DNA from: an uncultured Planctomycetales bacterium
GTDB lineage: Bacteria; Omnitrophota; Gorgyraeia; Gygaellales; Profunditerraquicolaceae
Direction: 5' to 3'
DNA: 32,502 bases
NCBI GenBank assembly: GCA_964405005.1
Contig: CAYOMI010000002.1
Coordinates: forward strand, 1 to 32,502
Shown here piece after piece: positions 1 through 12,000 of the stretch. The translations under genes and the position numbers were made by a program. Under the pieces are notes generated by a model. The model searched no databases, was not told where the DNA came from, and saw nothing but the letters and a program-made list of their open reading frames with translations. Each line of letters begins with the position of its first letter. Within the stretch, counting starts at the first letter, position 1.

Positions 1-3000
1 ACTCTAGGTAGGCCTTGGCTGGAGGCATCTTTAGGAACATCTGGTTGATAGCCGGTTTTCTTAATGAGCCCATTAAGCAAATCCATCATTTCATCATATA
101 GGGCTCTATGCTCTGCATATATATTTGCTATATTATCTATTTCCTTAATTATGGCCTCAATTCTCTTATTTATATCCGCAGGAGTCTCTCCTTTATCTAC
201 TTTCGCATTTAAATCAAGGAGTTCTTCTTTAATTCTCGCTATCCTTCTTGCAGTTTCTGCTTTTTCCTGAGTATCTCTGACTACTCTTTTGCCGGGTATC
301 TCTACTTCTATTTCTTTCTTCTTACTCTTGGGTGTTACTGCCCTAGGCGTGGCTACTTTTCTCATAAATGCCCTAACCTTATGGGTTATTTTCTCAGTTT
401 CCTCGCGAACCTTTCTATCCAGACCCCTTGCTTCTTGCTTCATTCTATTAACTTGCTTTCTCATCCTTCTATCTTTAATGGGAAGGTCTTGGCTTATTTT
501 ATTTGTTCTTCTGTAATGCTTAACTATTTGCTTAACTATTACTAATATCTCCACCAGTAAAATAGCTCCCAGAACAACTAATGTTATATTATACGGGTTT
601 TTAAAGAAATTAACCCATTCATGAGAAGGCGTGGGGGTTGCCAAGCGATGAGTATCTATTGGTGATGGAGTTTGCGTAATTCCTGTGTCAGTAACCGTAC
701 CAGTCTTTGCGCCTACCAGAGATTCAGGAACATTTAAATTAGTAATATCTATTTTCTGGCCTATATAAATCTTATTGATATCTACAAATCTGGGGTTATC
801 TGCCTGGATTGCTCTGTAACTGTTATAAACCGCGCCATTATCACCCCAGAACTTGCCTGCCAGGAGGGATTTTCCAGTAGTAAGTAAATTTAAGGCATTT
901 AAGCCAATCCTTAACATCTCTACAATATGGCCCCAGGTATCGCCTTTCTGCACTAAAATATAAATCCTGTTACCTTGCTTGATAACTTCACCACAAGAGG
1001 CAAACTCTGGCAAAGCAAAGATAATAAAGGCGGCTACTAAAACTATTACTGTGGGTAAAATTGCCTTTATAAAACCAGAACCTCCATTGCCACCAAAACC
1101 ACCCTCAGGCATTATAGGATTATTAGGTGTTCCGGGTCCCTTGCCACCTGAACCGCCATCACCCCCAAAACCACCCTCAGGCATTATGGGATTATTAGGT
1201 GTTGTAGGTCCGGGATTAAATTCAAAGGTGGATTGTTCAAGATTAGGAGTGGAAGTTGTATCTGGAGCAGAAGGAGTAAATTCAAGGTTAAATGCCTCAG
1301 TTCCGCCAAATTCAGGCGTGGTTGAGGTAGAGGTTGGGATAGAAATAAAAAGTAGGTAGTCGTGTTCTTTTTTTGCTTCTCTTAATTCTTCTCCTGTCTG
1401 TGTTTTTTCTGTTTCCAGTATTGTTTCTTGAGAATCTACTTTTAGGGAGGCAGGAATTCTTGTGGGCTTATTATTTTTAGGAAGATTCTGGGTTGCTGCC
1501 CTCTGAAGATCTTCTCTTTTCTGTTCCGGGGTGCGATAAATCCCACTAGTGTTAGACGCAGAAATAGAACCTTGCTCAGTTCTCTCACTTAAAGTTCTTA
1601 CACCTTGGGCATCTAGGCTTTCTTTAGTTAGATTGCCTGCTTTGCCTTCTGCTACTACCTGCTCTTTGCCCACTAATGCTTGGGCAGTAGAGTCAGTATG
1701 CACAACTGCATTGGATTTACGGTTTAAAGATTTTGCAAATTTGCGCGCTTGTGTTAAACCACGACCAGCGATTGCGCTAATCGCTGTCGCCACTCTGATA
1801 CCCGGATGGTAAGTGCGGTGTGCTCCTCCAATAATCTTGATTAACTCTTTTACGCTCAGGACATTATCAGTTATCTGACTTAAGCCCAGGCCTAAACCAA
1901 AGCCCTGATGAATCTGGCCTATGCTGCTACCTGTCGGCGCAGGGATATTAGTAGGCGTCTCAGGTAAAGGTGCTGGCTGTTGCCTCTCTGCGGGAATATT
2001 CCTGCTAGTCTGGTGCTCTCCTACTATTGCCCTGGCCTGTGTAATTAAGGTTTCCTTATTGTCTAAGATATATTGCCTGGACGCAATACTCTCTGCCATC
2101 TGCGCCAGTAAGTCAAATATATTAGAAAGGAACTTTTCCTCAGTTAAATTATTATTGAATTCTAAGCCATTAGCCAACCTTTGCAGGTGCTCATCCGTAA
2201 TCTCGCCTAAATTATCAAAAGCCAGAGCCACTGCCACTGCCTCTTTTACCTCCTTAGATAAATAGGGATACAACTGGTTAAGTTGTGTATGCCAATACTC
2301 ATGCTTTAAATTCCAGAGTCGGAATTGACTGGATTCAGTGTGGAATTTAGGTTCAATGATTAAGCGGCCTTTCTCATCAAGAGAAGTAACAGGCTTAGCG
2401 TTAAACATCATAAAGATTGAATTGGCAGCACTGGGAACCGAAACTCCAAAGTCAGGCGCAATTTGTTTAATCTTACTGCTTAATTCCGTATGCGACTGCT
2501 GAAGTAATGTATCCTTTACCCATTTTGCTAATTCCTCTGAGTTCTCTATTTTTGCTGCACCATTTCCATTGTTAGTTATGGCGGCTGCTAATCTATCAAA
2601 GAAGGATAAGGCCTGATTATTTCCCTGCGTGGCTTCTTTTAATATGGCGGCTAAAGCCAGCCAGAGCACTACTTCTTGGTATTTAGAAGCATTTACTGCT
2701 GCCGTAAGATTTACGGCTAATTTACCATTTCTTATGCCATTATTTGCAAAATATGTTTCCGCAAGCAAGCGCTGCGCTTCAAATTCTTTAACCACCTCTT
2801 TATCTTCACCATTGTGCGCCTTGGCCAGCAGTTGATGATAGAAAGCAGTCATCTTTTTATTTAAAGGATCATTTTCTTTATATTCTCCATTCTTTTGGGC
2901 ATCCTCTATAACTTTAGCCTGCTCATCAAGGTAACTCTCAGTTACATAAATAGAGCCATTCTCCTGCCAGGTCTCTCCTACAAGAATGGAAATTTCTCCC

Positions 3001-6000
3001 TCTTTTAATGAAGTTTCCTGGCTAACATAAATTACCTTTCCTGACGTATTATTTATCTTATACACTACCAGGCCTGCAGGATGTGTCTTTCCTTCCTCAT
3101 CTTCTAACTGCAGATCTGACCAGCGCACGATATAATTATCTTTGATACCCTTTAAGTTATTTATCCTCTCTAAGATTACCTTTCTCTGCACAGGAGTAAG
3201 TTGTTCTAAATCAAAAATCTTTTCTTGCTCATCAACCACTTGACCATTTTTTATAGAGGCAGTAGCAGCTTTCTTCCATACTTCTACCTCAAAAACCTCT
3301 AATGCTTTCTTAACTACCTCTTCATCACTATCCTCTAATAATTCTGTAAACGCATCAACAACCTCATCATCTACCTTAATCTTCCTATTCTCTACCATAG
3401 CCAGCAGCGCAAGTTTACCTTGCTTATCAAGGCTGCCTTCCTCTAACATTTCTAAAGCAACTTGCTCTGCCGCTTCTCTATTTTGTGCCTTCGAAACAAC
3501 ATTTGCCCAGAATCTTATTTCTACATCCTCGTCATTTAGATATGTGTCTAAATCTTGACCTGCCTCTGCCAATAACTGCGCTGCTTTTCTACGGATGGAG
3601 ATAATCTTTTCTTGATATTGCTCATTGTTAACCTTTCCATAAGTACCCTTATTGAGCAAATTCAATAGTTGTCCTTTTACAGCATCAATATTTCCGCCAT
3701 TTTCTAACACTCCTAATAACCTTTCTATTTCTTCTAACTGCGTAAGGTTCGGCCTCTTTATGTTGTCTAATATAGTTCCCAATTGGCTGGGTTGTTTTGT
3801 CTCTCTTAAGAAATCTAATAGCAAGGTGCGGATTTCTGGATTCTTGAATTCACTGACATTAACCTCTACTTTTAAGTTAGGTTCTGCCTTTAAGTTAGGT
3901 TCTGCCTTAACAAATTCAGAAATAATCCTGAATACTATCTTAGCAAAACTCACCTCCAGTTTATCTCGGTCAAGTTTCATCTCTTTATGTAGAGAATTTA
4001 TTAAACTATCTATCATATTTTGGGTCGGTATCACTTTCTTATTCTCCACCAAGAAGGAGATGGTTTTTTCTAAAGCAGAAATGAGTTCTTGAGCGTCTCT
4101 ATTATCTCTTAAACTGCTAATAAGGTGAATAATTTCATCGGCCTTAACATTAATCTCATTTATTACTGTCTTATAGTTGTGCTCAACTAAGATATCTAAA
4201 AGATGATTAAATTTCTCAGTTAAGATAGTGCATAATGCAAGATTGCCTTCCTCTATAATAATACCCCAGGCAGAATTGATTTTTTCTTTATCTGCTTTTT
4301 GTGGATATTTGGCATAAACTGTTAACAAGGCAATATTTACCCAAATCTTTATATCTTTATCTGGGTCATTCAAATAACTTTCGATAGCGGATAAATCGCT
4401 TTCCACCAATGAAGCCAATACCTGCAGGGCAATAATTTTATCTGCCTTATCATCAGTTGATAATTTAGTTTTCATAAATTCTCGAGCAGTCTCTGGACCA
4501 AACTGGTTAATAAATGAAGATATCTCACTTTCAGAAAGTTTACCTTTCTTATCGCCTATTCTCTTTAGTTTCCTGTAACTTACGGTAATATCATTCTTTC
4601 TTCCTTCTAAGCAGTCAATAATCTGCTTAATCTCTGATGCATTAAGTGCTTTTTGAACATCTGAAATTTCAACTTTATTCTTTTCTGCCCAAACCTTAAA
4701 TAATCCTGCGGCTTCATTCCTTAAAGCAGCATTTTCCTCTTTTAGTAAGAATACTATCTGCGTAATGGTGGTTCTATTAACATAATCAAGCAATTTTTGT
4801 AATTTCTGAACGGCTTTAATCTCCATCTCTGGCTGGCTGTTTCTTAAAGCAATGTTTACCAAGGCCTGGACTAAATTCTTACCAAATTCTTCTCTCTCTT
4901 TTCCTTCTTTGACTTTGCTAAGATTAATGTTTTCTATTGTCGCCATTGCTTGCATATGGAACGAATCTAATTTTATATCCTCTTGTTCTTTCTTGCTCGG
5001 AGCATTGACAATTGTTTCTAATATAGATAAAGCCAAGGAAGGATTATTATCAGCGATTTTTGCAATTATGTCCATTGCCTGCTGGCGCACACCAGCACTC
5101 AATTCGTTATTAAGCACAATCTGGCTTAATGCTGGTAAAGGATTGTGTTGCTGGGAAACTGTAGAGATATCCTTTACCCTGCCATCTAAAAATGCCGCTA
5201 AGGCCTCAGCCAAAACATTATTTCTCTTATCTTTATCTTCTTCTCTTAGGCCTTGCTGTAATTTTGTGGCGTAATAATCCACTGGGTGGGTCACGGTTAG
5301 AGTGTCTTCTGTCTTTACATCTACTCCTGTATTAAATGCTCCAGTAAAATTAACTTTCTTAATTGCTTTGCGCAGTGTCTTTTCTTCGCCATCCCAGGCA
5401 TCAAGACCAATTTTTCCTTTTATAATTTTTAAATACTCTACATCCTTGATTGCGCCGTTATCGCTATCAAAGAGGAAATGATAGAAGGCCAATTTTCTAA
5501 CCTGCTCGGTTCTGGCACCATCACCCATTAAAATCAAATCCAGAACTCTTTCTTCGTAATTAGTACTTTCAAAAGTAACTTTATTATTTTCCCTTTGCTG
5601 TCTTAAAATTTCTTTTGCTTTAAGATAATCCTCAATGTCCTTTTGGCTAAATACAGATTTATTGAATTTAAATACGACCCTGCCAGTGTATAATGAGCCG
5701 ATGCCTGCAGCAATTGCTCCTCCTATTCCTGCTGCAATGCCGCCTATCCCACCGATAAAAATAGCCGCAACCAAAAGGCCTGCACCTATAACCGCAAAAC
5801 TTATAGAAGCAAAACTTGGTTTCCAAGAAGAAGTTAGCCGCAAACCGAATTTTCCTGCATAATCACTACTGGCAAATTCCTCTACTTTGGCTTGGGCCTG
5901 GGCTTCAACTGCTTCTCTAAAGATATATATCTCGTTGCCATTTCTGGCAGAAAGCGGTAGACCTTCAGCTACCTTTTCTCTACGCAGAGTAATAACCTCG

Positions 6001-9000
6001 CCTTCTTTTTCCGCATAAAAGGCCTCAATTCTTCCGTTTAGATATACCAAACGGAAATTATCACCTACATCAACCACTCCTTTGTCCAATAACAACCCAT
6101 TAATCTGCTCTACATCCAAACCTGCCTGCTGCATAAGGCCTAATAATCTTGTGGCTACCTGATTTAAAGAAGCGATATTATCTGCGGCTTCCTGTAGCGC
6201 TTGACTTACCTTTGCCTGCGCAATTAATTCCTTTGCCTTCTCTATTCTTTTTGTTTTATCTGACCTTACTTCCTCTTTGCTCAAAAGATAAGGAGCATAT
6301 CTTGAGATTACCTTATTCAGTCGGCTGTCGTTAAGCACCTTTTGCGTAAATTCCTCTTTATCACTGATAGGAATTTCTGTAGTACTTAACTTCTGCATCT
6401 CTTTGCTCTTTATTAAATGCCTTCCCCATGAACCAATGCCTCTACCAAAAATATCCTGCGGGAGTTTAGTAGAATTAAAGAGGTAGAATTGTTTTTCTGG
6501 AAGCGGCTGAACTGTCTGCACTGTTCCTTTTTCATCCAGCACAACCCACATATCCGGCCGGGCAAAAAGCAGCGTTACAAAATCGCCGTTAGCCTTCATT
6601 ATTAATAACGGCTGGCTATCCTTAGCATAAAATTCCTTATAAATATCGTCTGTTTTAACTCTGTAGGTATATGTCTTTTTGTGCAGTTTTTCCAGCAACT
6701 TAGGAATATTATTTACCTTGTGTAATTTCTCCTCCAGAGCATACGCTAAAATTACATCTATTGCTTCCTTTCTGTCTATACCCAGTGTTTCATTGAGGGA
6801 GTCTACTAAATAGGGGATATCCTGCTGAGAGCTTATATCCTGCAGTACTTTCTCTACTTCCCTTGCATTCATCAACAATAATCTCTTGCTAAGATTTTCA
6901 AGCCCAATCTCTTTTAAGAAATCCCGCTTTTCTTTCTCAGCCTTCAGCTCATTCCTCTGTAATTTATCTTTAAATTCTCTCAAAGAATCTTTTTGCGCGT
7001 ATAATATAACTTTACCTTTACTTTCTTCTGCGTGACGATTATAGAAACTTACTTTCTCCTGAGAGAGGATTTTTTCGTAACGGTGTTTTAATTCTTCGTA
7101 TCCTATATCCCAAATTCTCTGTGTCCTTGTAAACCTCACCTCTCCCTTAGAACCCAAATCCATCAGGAAGAGGAATTTGTTAAACTGTTCTTCGTAATTC
7201 TGCTCAGTTATAGTTTTATCTATGCCAAAAATCTGTTTTATTGCGGTTTGTAGGGAAGCATTTACGTTTTGCGTATCAAACTTAGCTAAGTCTGGCTGGA
7301 AACTCTTTCTCCAGTATTCAAAAAGGGCAACCTTCTCCTCTTTAGAAAGCTCATCCACCCGCTTCTGGGTGCCTTTGTTTCTTATCTCTATTACGCTCTG
7401 CGCGTCTTTTACCTGTTTTTCAATTTTCTTTAATTCTTCCTGCATTTTTTGCAAAACTTCCCTGGCCAGACGGGTATGCTCGCCTGCTAAAATATCCTTC
7501 GCCGCTTGCAGGCGCATAAGTTGTATATCTTTATCATTATCTGGAGTTGCTAACAAAGATTTTAGATTTGCTAAATAAACAGGGATCCTCCCTAAAGCAT
7601 CATTTCTACTATTCGTAAGTACCGCATCTTCTTCCAGTTTATCTAATTCCTTTAAGGCCTCCTCAACGCTCCTAATCTCATTTTTATCATCCTTTATCAA
7701 TCCTTTATAGAGAACCACTAAATCCTTAATTCTCTGCCGGTGCGTAACTGCTGAACTTCTTATAACAGCATCAATCACAGCAGAAACCGCATTAAGGTCT
7801 TCTTGTCTGACTTGAACTGTTTCTGCCTCTTGTCTCTTTAAATTCTTAAGTATCTCATTTAACTGCTTAATATTCTGGGAATAATCCAAGGATTGCCCCT
7901 GGATATTATTTATGGCTTGGGCTAAGTTTTTTAATTGCTGCTCAATTTTGTTAAGCTCATCTTTTACAGCAGTATCTTCCTGTTTGATTTCCTCACTTAC
8001 CCACTCATCTCTTGTAATCCCTGCTTCTGCCCAGCGGTGCACCAGCGTATCTAACTTCTTCAAAGTTTCCTTTAGGGCGCTCCTTAACTCTGCTTTTACC
8101 CGCTCATCCTTTATTTTTTCCAGTTGTGTATTGATAAATTTCTCGGTTATACCTTCACGGCCAAAGCCAGAAACCATATCTTTTCCCTCAGTGTTTAGGG
8201 TTTTTCTTAACTCCTGCTTAGCAGTAAGATGAACTAAAAGGTCTCTCCTGACCTTGTTATTTAGGGCCTCTATTTCTTTTACTTTTTCCTCTGCGCTCTT
8301 TTTCTCTTCCAGTACCTTCTTTATGGTGTAGTAAAAATCTTCTCTCACTTCTGCCTTTTGGTTATCATCTAATGTGGTAGCTATCCCTGGCTGGCTTTTG
8401 TCAAAACCAAAATGTTTCTCTGCTGCTTCAATTGCCTTAAATATCTGTTTGGCCTGCTTTTTTAATTCACCTCCCACATAGGTTGTGGCGTCACCCTCAA
8501 AGAGGGATTTTGCTTTTCTGTTCTTCCTATCTTTAAGCCAATCTTCAGCAATCTTTTTAAAATGGTCATCTTGCTTTTCTGATAATTCCTGTAAAGCCTC
8601 TCGCATTCTCGTAACACAATCCTCGTGCTTTTCAGGCTTATCAGAAACCTGCAAGGTCTTCTCTAAATTTTCCTTGAGCATATCACCCAAAGCTACAGAC
8701 CTGGCTTTACCGCACAATTCCTCTCTCTTATGCGCATAATCTTCATCTACTAATGTAGGTAGGGAACGCAGATACCGGTAGGTTTTCTGCTCTTCTTCAG
8801 ACAGGAAAGAAAGATATTTTTCTACTCTCTTATCTGATAACTTTCTTATTGCGCGAATGTCTAAAGTATCTTTAGCAATAAAAGGATTAGAGAATGTTAC
8901 AATTGTTTTTATAACATCATCTCTCTTTATTCCGCGTTTTGCAAATTTCTTGACTATCTCTTCGGCAATCTCATCTGCTTCTTTAAGACCCAGCACAAAA

Positions 9001-12000
9001 TCAGGGGATTCCTGTTTCTTTTTATGGATAGTATCAAGGATAGTAGCATCTAAGTTTGCTCTACCAAAATTAAGCCGGTGATTAACGTAACTGTCAGGGT
9101 CTTTTTGCGCAAAATGGATGAGAAAACCTGTAGCAGTGGCTGCTATACTGTATGGTATCCAGGTAAGCCAACCCAATCCCCGTGTGGTAAGCCCGCCTAA
9201 TCCCATACCAAACGGCGTGAAAGTTATCCATTTACCCGGCTGCCTATACCCAGATAACCCCAGTTTTTCTCTCCACAATTCAATCCAAGCGGTTCCAGAA
9301 GTATCAGTTTTACTCTTTCTCAGCGTCTCTACCACATCCACAAAGGGGACCTTCTTGTTACCAAAATTTGCTTCTCTTGCCTTTAAGAACTCATCATAGC
9401 CAAGAGAAATTCTCTTATCCAAAGAGCGTAATTGGTCTGAATAAAATTCTACGGTTTGTTTATCCGTCGCAGATAATAGGCCCTCTAACAACCTATTATA
9501 AACTTCTCTGTACTTTTTCTCTTCCTTTATCCGCCAAGAGAAATTTCTTAAACTGAATGCCAATGCCATAGTTCGTTCTTGCGCCTGCTTAGCTTCTCCT
9601 TCCATTTTTTGTATTGGGCTAAACAACTTCTTTATCTGCTCTTCTAATTTAGCCTCATCCATTGATGCTGCCTTCACCAGCAAATTCCGCGTCGGCCTTG
9701 CCTCTGTCCAGTAATAGAGACGGTTATTATTAAGAACAAATGATTGGGATTGCTCCAAGAAAGAAGTTCTATTTCTTAAGCGATGCTCTTTAATTATTGC
9801 TACAGGATTCCACCATTTCTCTCCTGTGCGGGTTACTCCTCCCAAGTAGTAATAAGGATTATCTATAAAATCTTGAACAAGAATCTGTTTATCTTCTAAT
9901 CTTAATAGGCCGGATTGAGATTGGCTTTGTGAAGTAGTTGCTCCTTGTGGCTTCAGTATATCTTGGACATCCAGTATATTTTGCCGGATATCTGGCAGAA
10001 GCCGAATCCGATCATAAGCACCGACTACGCTGGCTAAATGGTTAAAGGTATATTCAGGATAAATCAGGGAGGTGACAAAATCTGCATCTGCCAGCCGCTG
10101 CTCTCTTGGAGTTTGACTAGCGGAAGAAGTAAATAAAGAATCATTTATTGTAGTGTAAATTTGGGTTATTCCTTGAATAGAAACTGGGCTAAGTGATTGC
10201 CCGGATGATAAATCGGGGGCGAGTTTTTCAAGTACAGGCTCAAGTACAGGCTTAAGAGAGGGCGCAAATGGCACAATATGCCTTAATAACTCTGGAGACC
10301 CCCGCGTGCCGTTTGAAAGGATAACTGTATCTAAAAGACGTGTAATTGCTATCCCTTGGCTTTCTGATAACTTAGATAGACCGGCTTGCTCACGCTGGGT
10401 ATTTAGGTAGTTAATTACTCTCGCTGCCTTGGCATCAGTGGTGCGTAAGTTATTTGCCTGAATATACTCGGTAAAGAGGTTACCTTTTAAAGCCTTGCCA
10501 GCAGCAACTATCTCCCTAAAACTAGAAACGCCGTTTATTGTCCTTTGGGAATCTGCTGTTATGTTGTTATATCCCTTAACCGCCACATCTATATCTGTTA
10601 AGGTCTCTTTGGCATTAAGTTTGACTAAAGGGTTATTTATATCGCTACTACGAAGTATCAAGCCCATATACCCTTTTGCCTGAGTGGCCACACTCTTTAA
10701 AATCCTCTCAATTTGTTTTTCCGCAGAATCAGGGTATTGGGATACCAGCAAATCATCCCAGGTAGGCTTATTCTTGTAGTCAATGGCATCCTTAAGAATC
10801 TCTCCAAGAGCCCTAAAGGACTTATGGTCTTCTGCTGCCTCAGCAGTAACCAGCATATTTTTTATCTTCTCAATAATAAAAGTTGAGTAGGCGGCATCTC
10901 TTAACTGATTGCTAATGGCTTTGTGAATTTCTACTACTTCTAATCTCTTGGCATTGGTAAGCAAACCTTCTACATCTAATCTCTCGGCATTAGTAAGCGA
11001 ACCTTCTACATCACCGCTACGTCCTTTAATCTCTATAACTTTCTCTCCCTTATAACGAGAGTTAATTCTTGCATTTATTTCATTTAATAAATATTTAGGC
11101 ATATTGTCTGTACTCGGGGCCTGAAAATATACCCACCTTTCTGCATCTTCTCCCTTGCGGTTGTTACGATGGATACCCTGGAGCAAACGAGTTAACCGCC
11201 AGTTCTGGCCATCAGCGATAACCAGATTAATATTCCCCTGATAATCCACACCTGTTGCTCCCTGTTCATTAGATAAAATCACCCTTATCTTTCCATTGTC
11301 TAATCCCTGTACGTTTATCCACTCCTTGCTTAGGGTATCAATATCCTGGGGCTTGCTGTTAATATTTATTTCTTTTAACTCAATTTGTGATTTTTTACTC
11401 AGTTGTTTCTGCAATTCTTGATAAAGCTGGCTATCCCTAACTAAGATAAGCCCATTCCTTCTTCCCTCTAAAATTTTCTGCACAATATCCCCTGCTAATT
11501 TTTTACTATCGGAGGTATGTGAAATAACGCTTGTACCATCAAACTTTGTCTCGGAAATTTTCTCTATACCCCTTCCTATTTGGAACTTAAGCATTAATTC
11601 CACAGAATCAAGCGTGCCGGAAAAACCTAAGACGCTGGTATGCGGGCTGAATTTAAGGATTTCTGTCAAGGTTGCCTGCGAATTTGCCGGTGAGGTATAT
11701 AATTTAGTAGGGTCAACTCTATGGGCCTCTTTGGCTGCCAATGCTGCCAATAGATACTTGTCGCTCATTACCTTATCCGGCTCAACCCTTCCTCTTTCTA
11801 CTACCAGGATACCCCCTTTATCCTTCCCTTCATTAATGACTTTATATCTTCCGTTTTGTCCCTCAGGATAAAACCTTGCTCTCAACACTGCCTGGGTTAC
11901 CTCTGGCGACAAATGCAACTCTCGCTCAAATATCTCTCTGGCCTTGGCATTTATCACTACTTTTTCCATCAGCGCATCGTAATAAAAACCTGGTCTTTGA

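Noticed and set aside
2248-2256. Perfect Shine-Dalgarno-like TAAGGAGGT followed by GTG codons, which looked like an internal gene start
   Set aside because: After careful re-indexing the giant frame passes through it as S-K-E-V-K-E with no upstream stop. There is therefore no gene boundary, although an internal SD-like pause site cannot be excluded.
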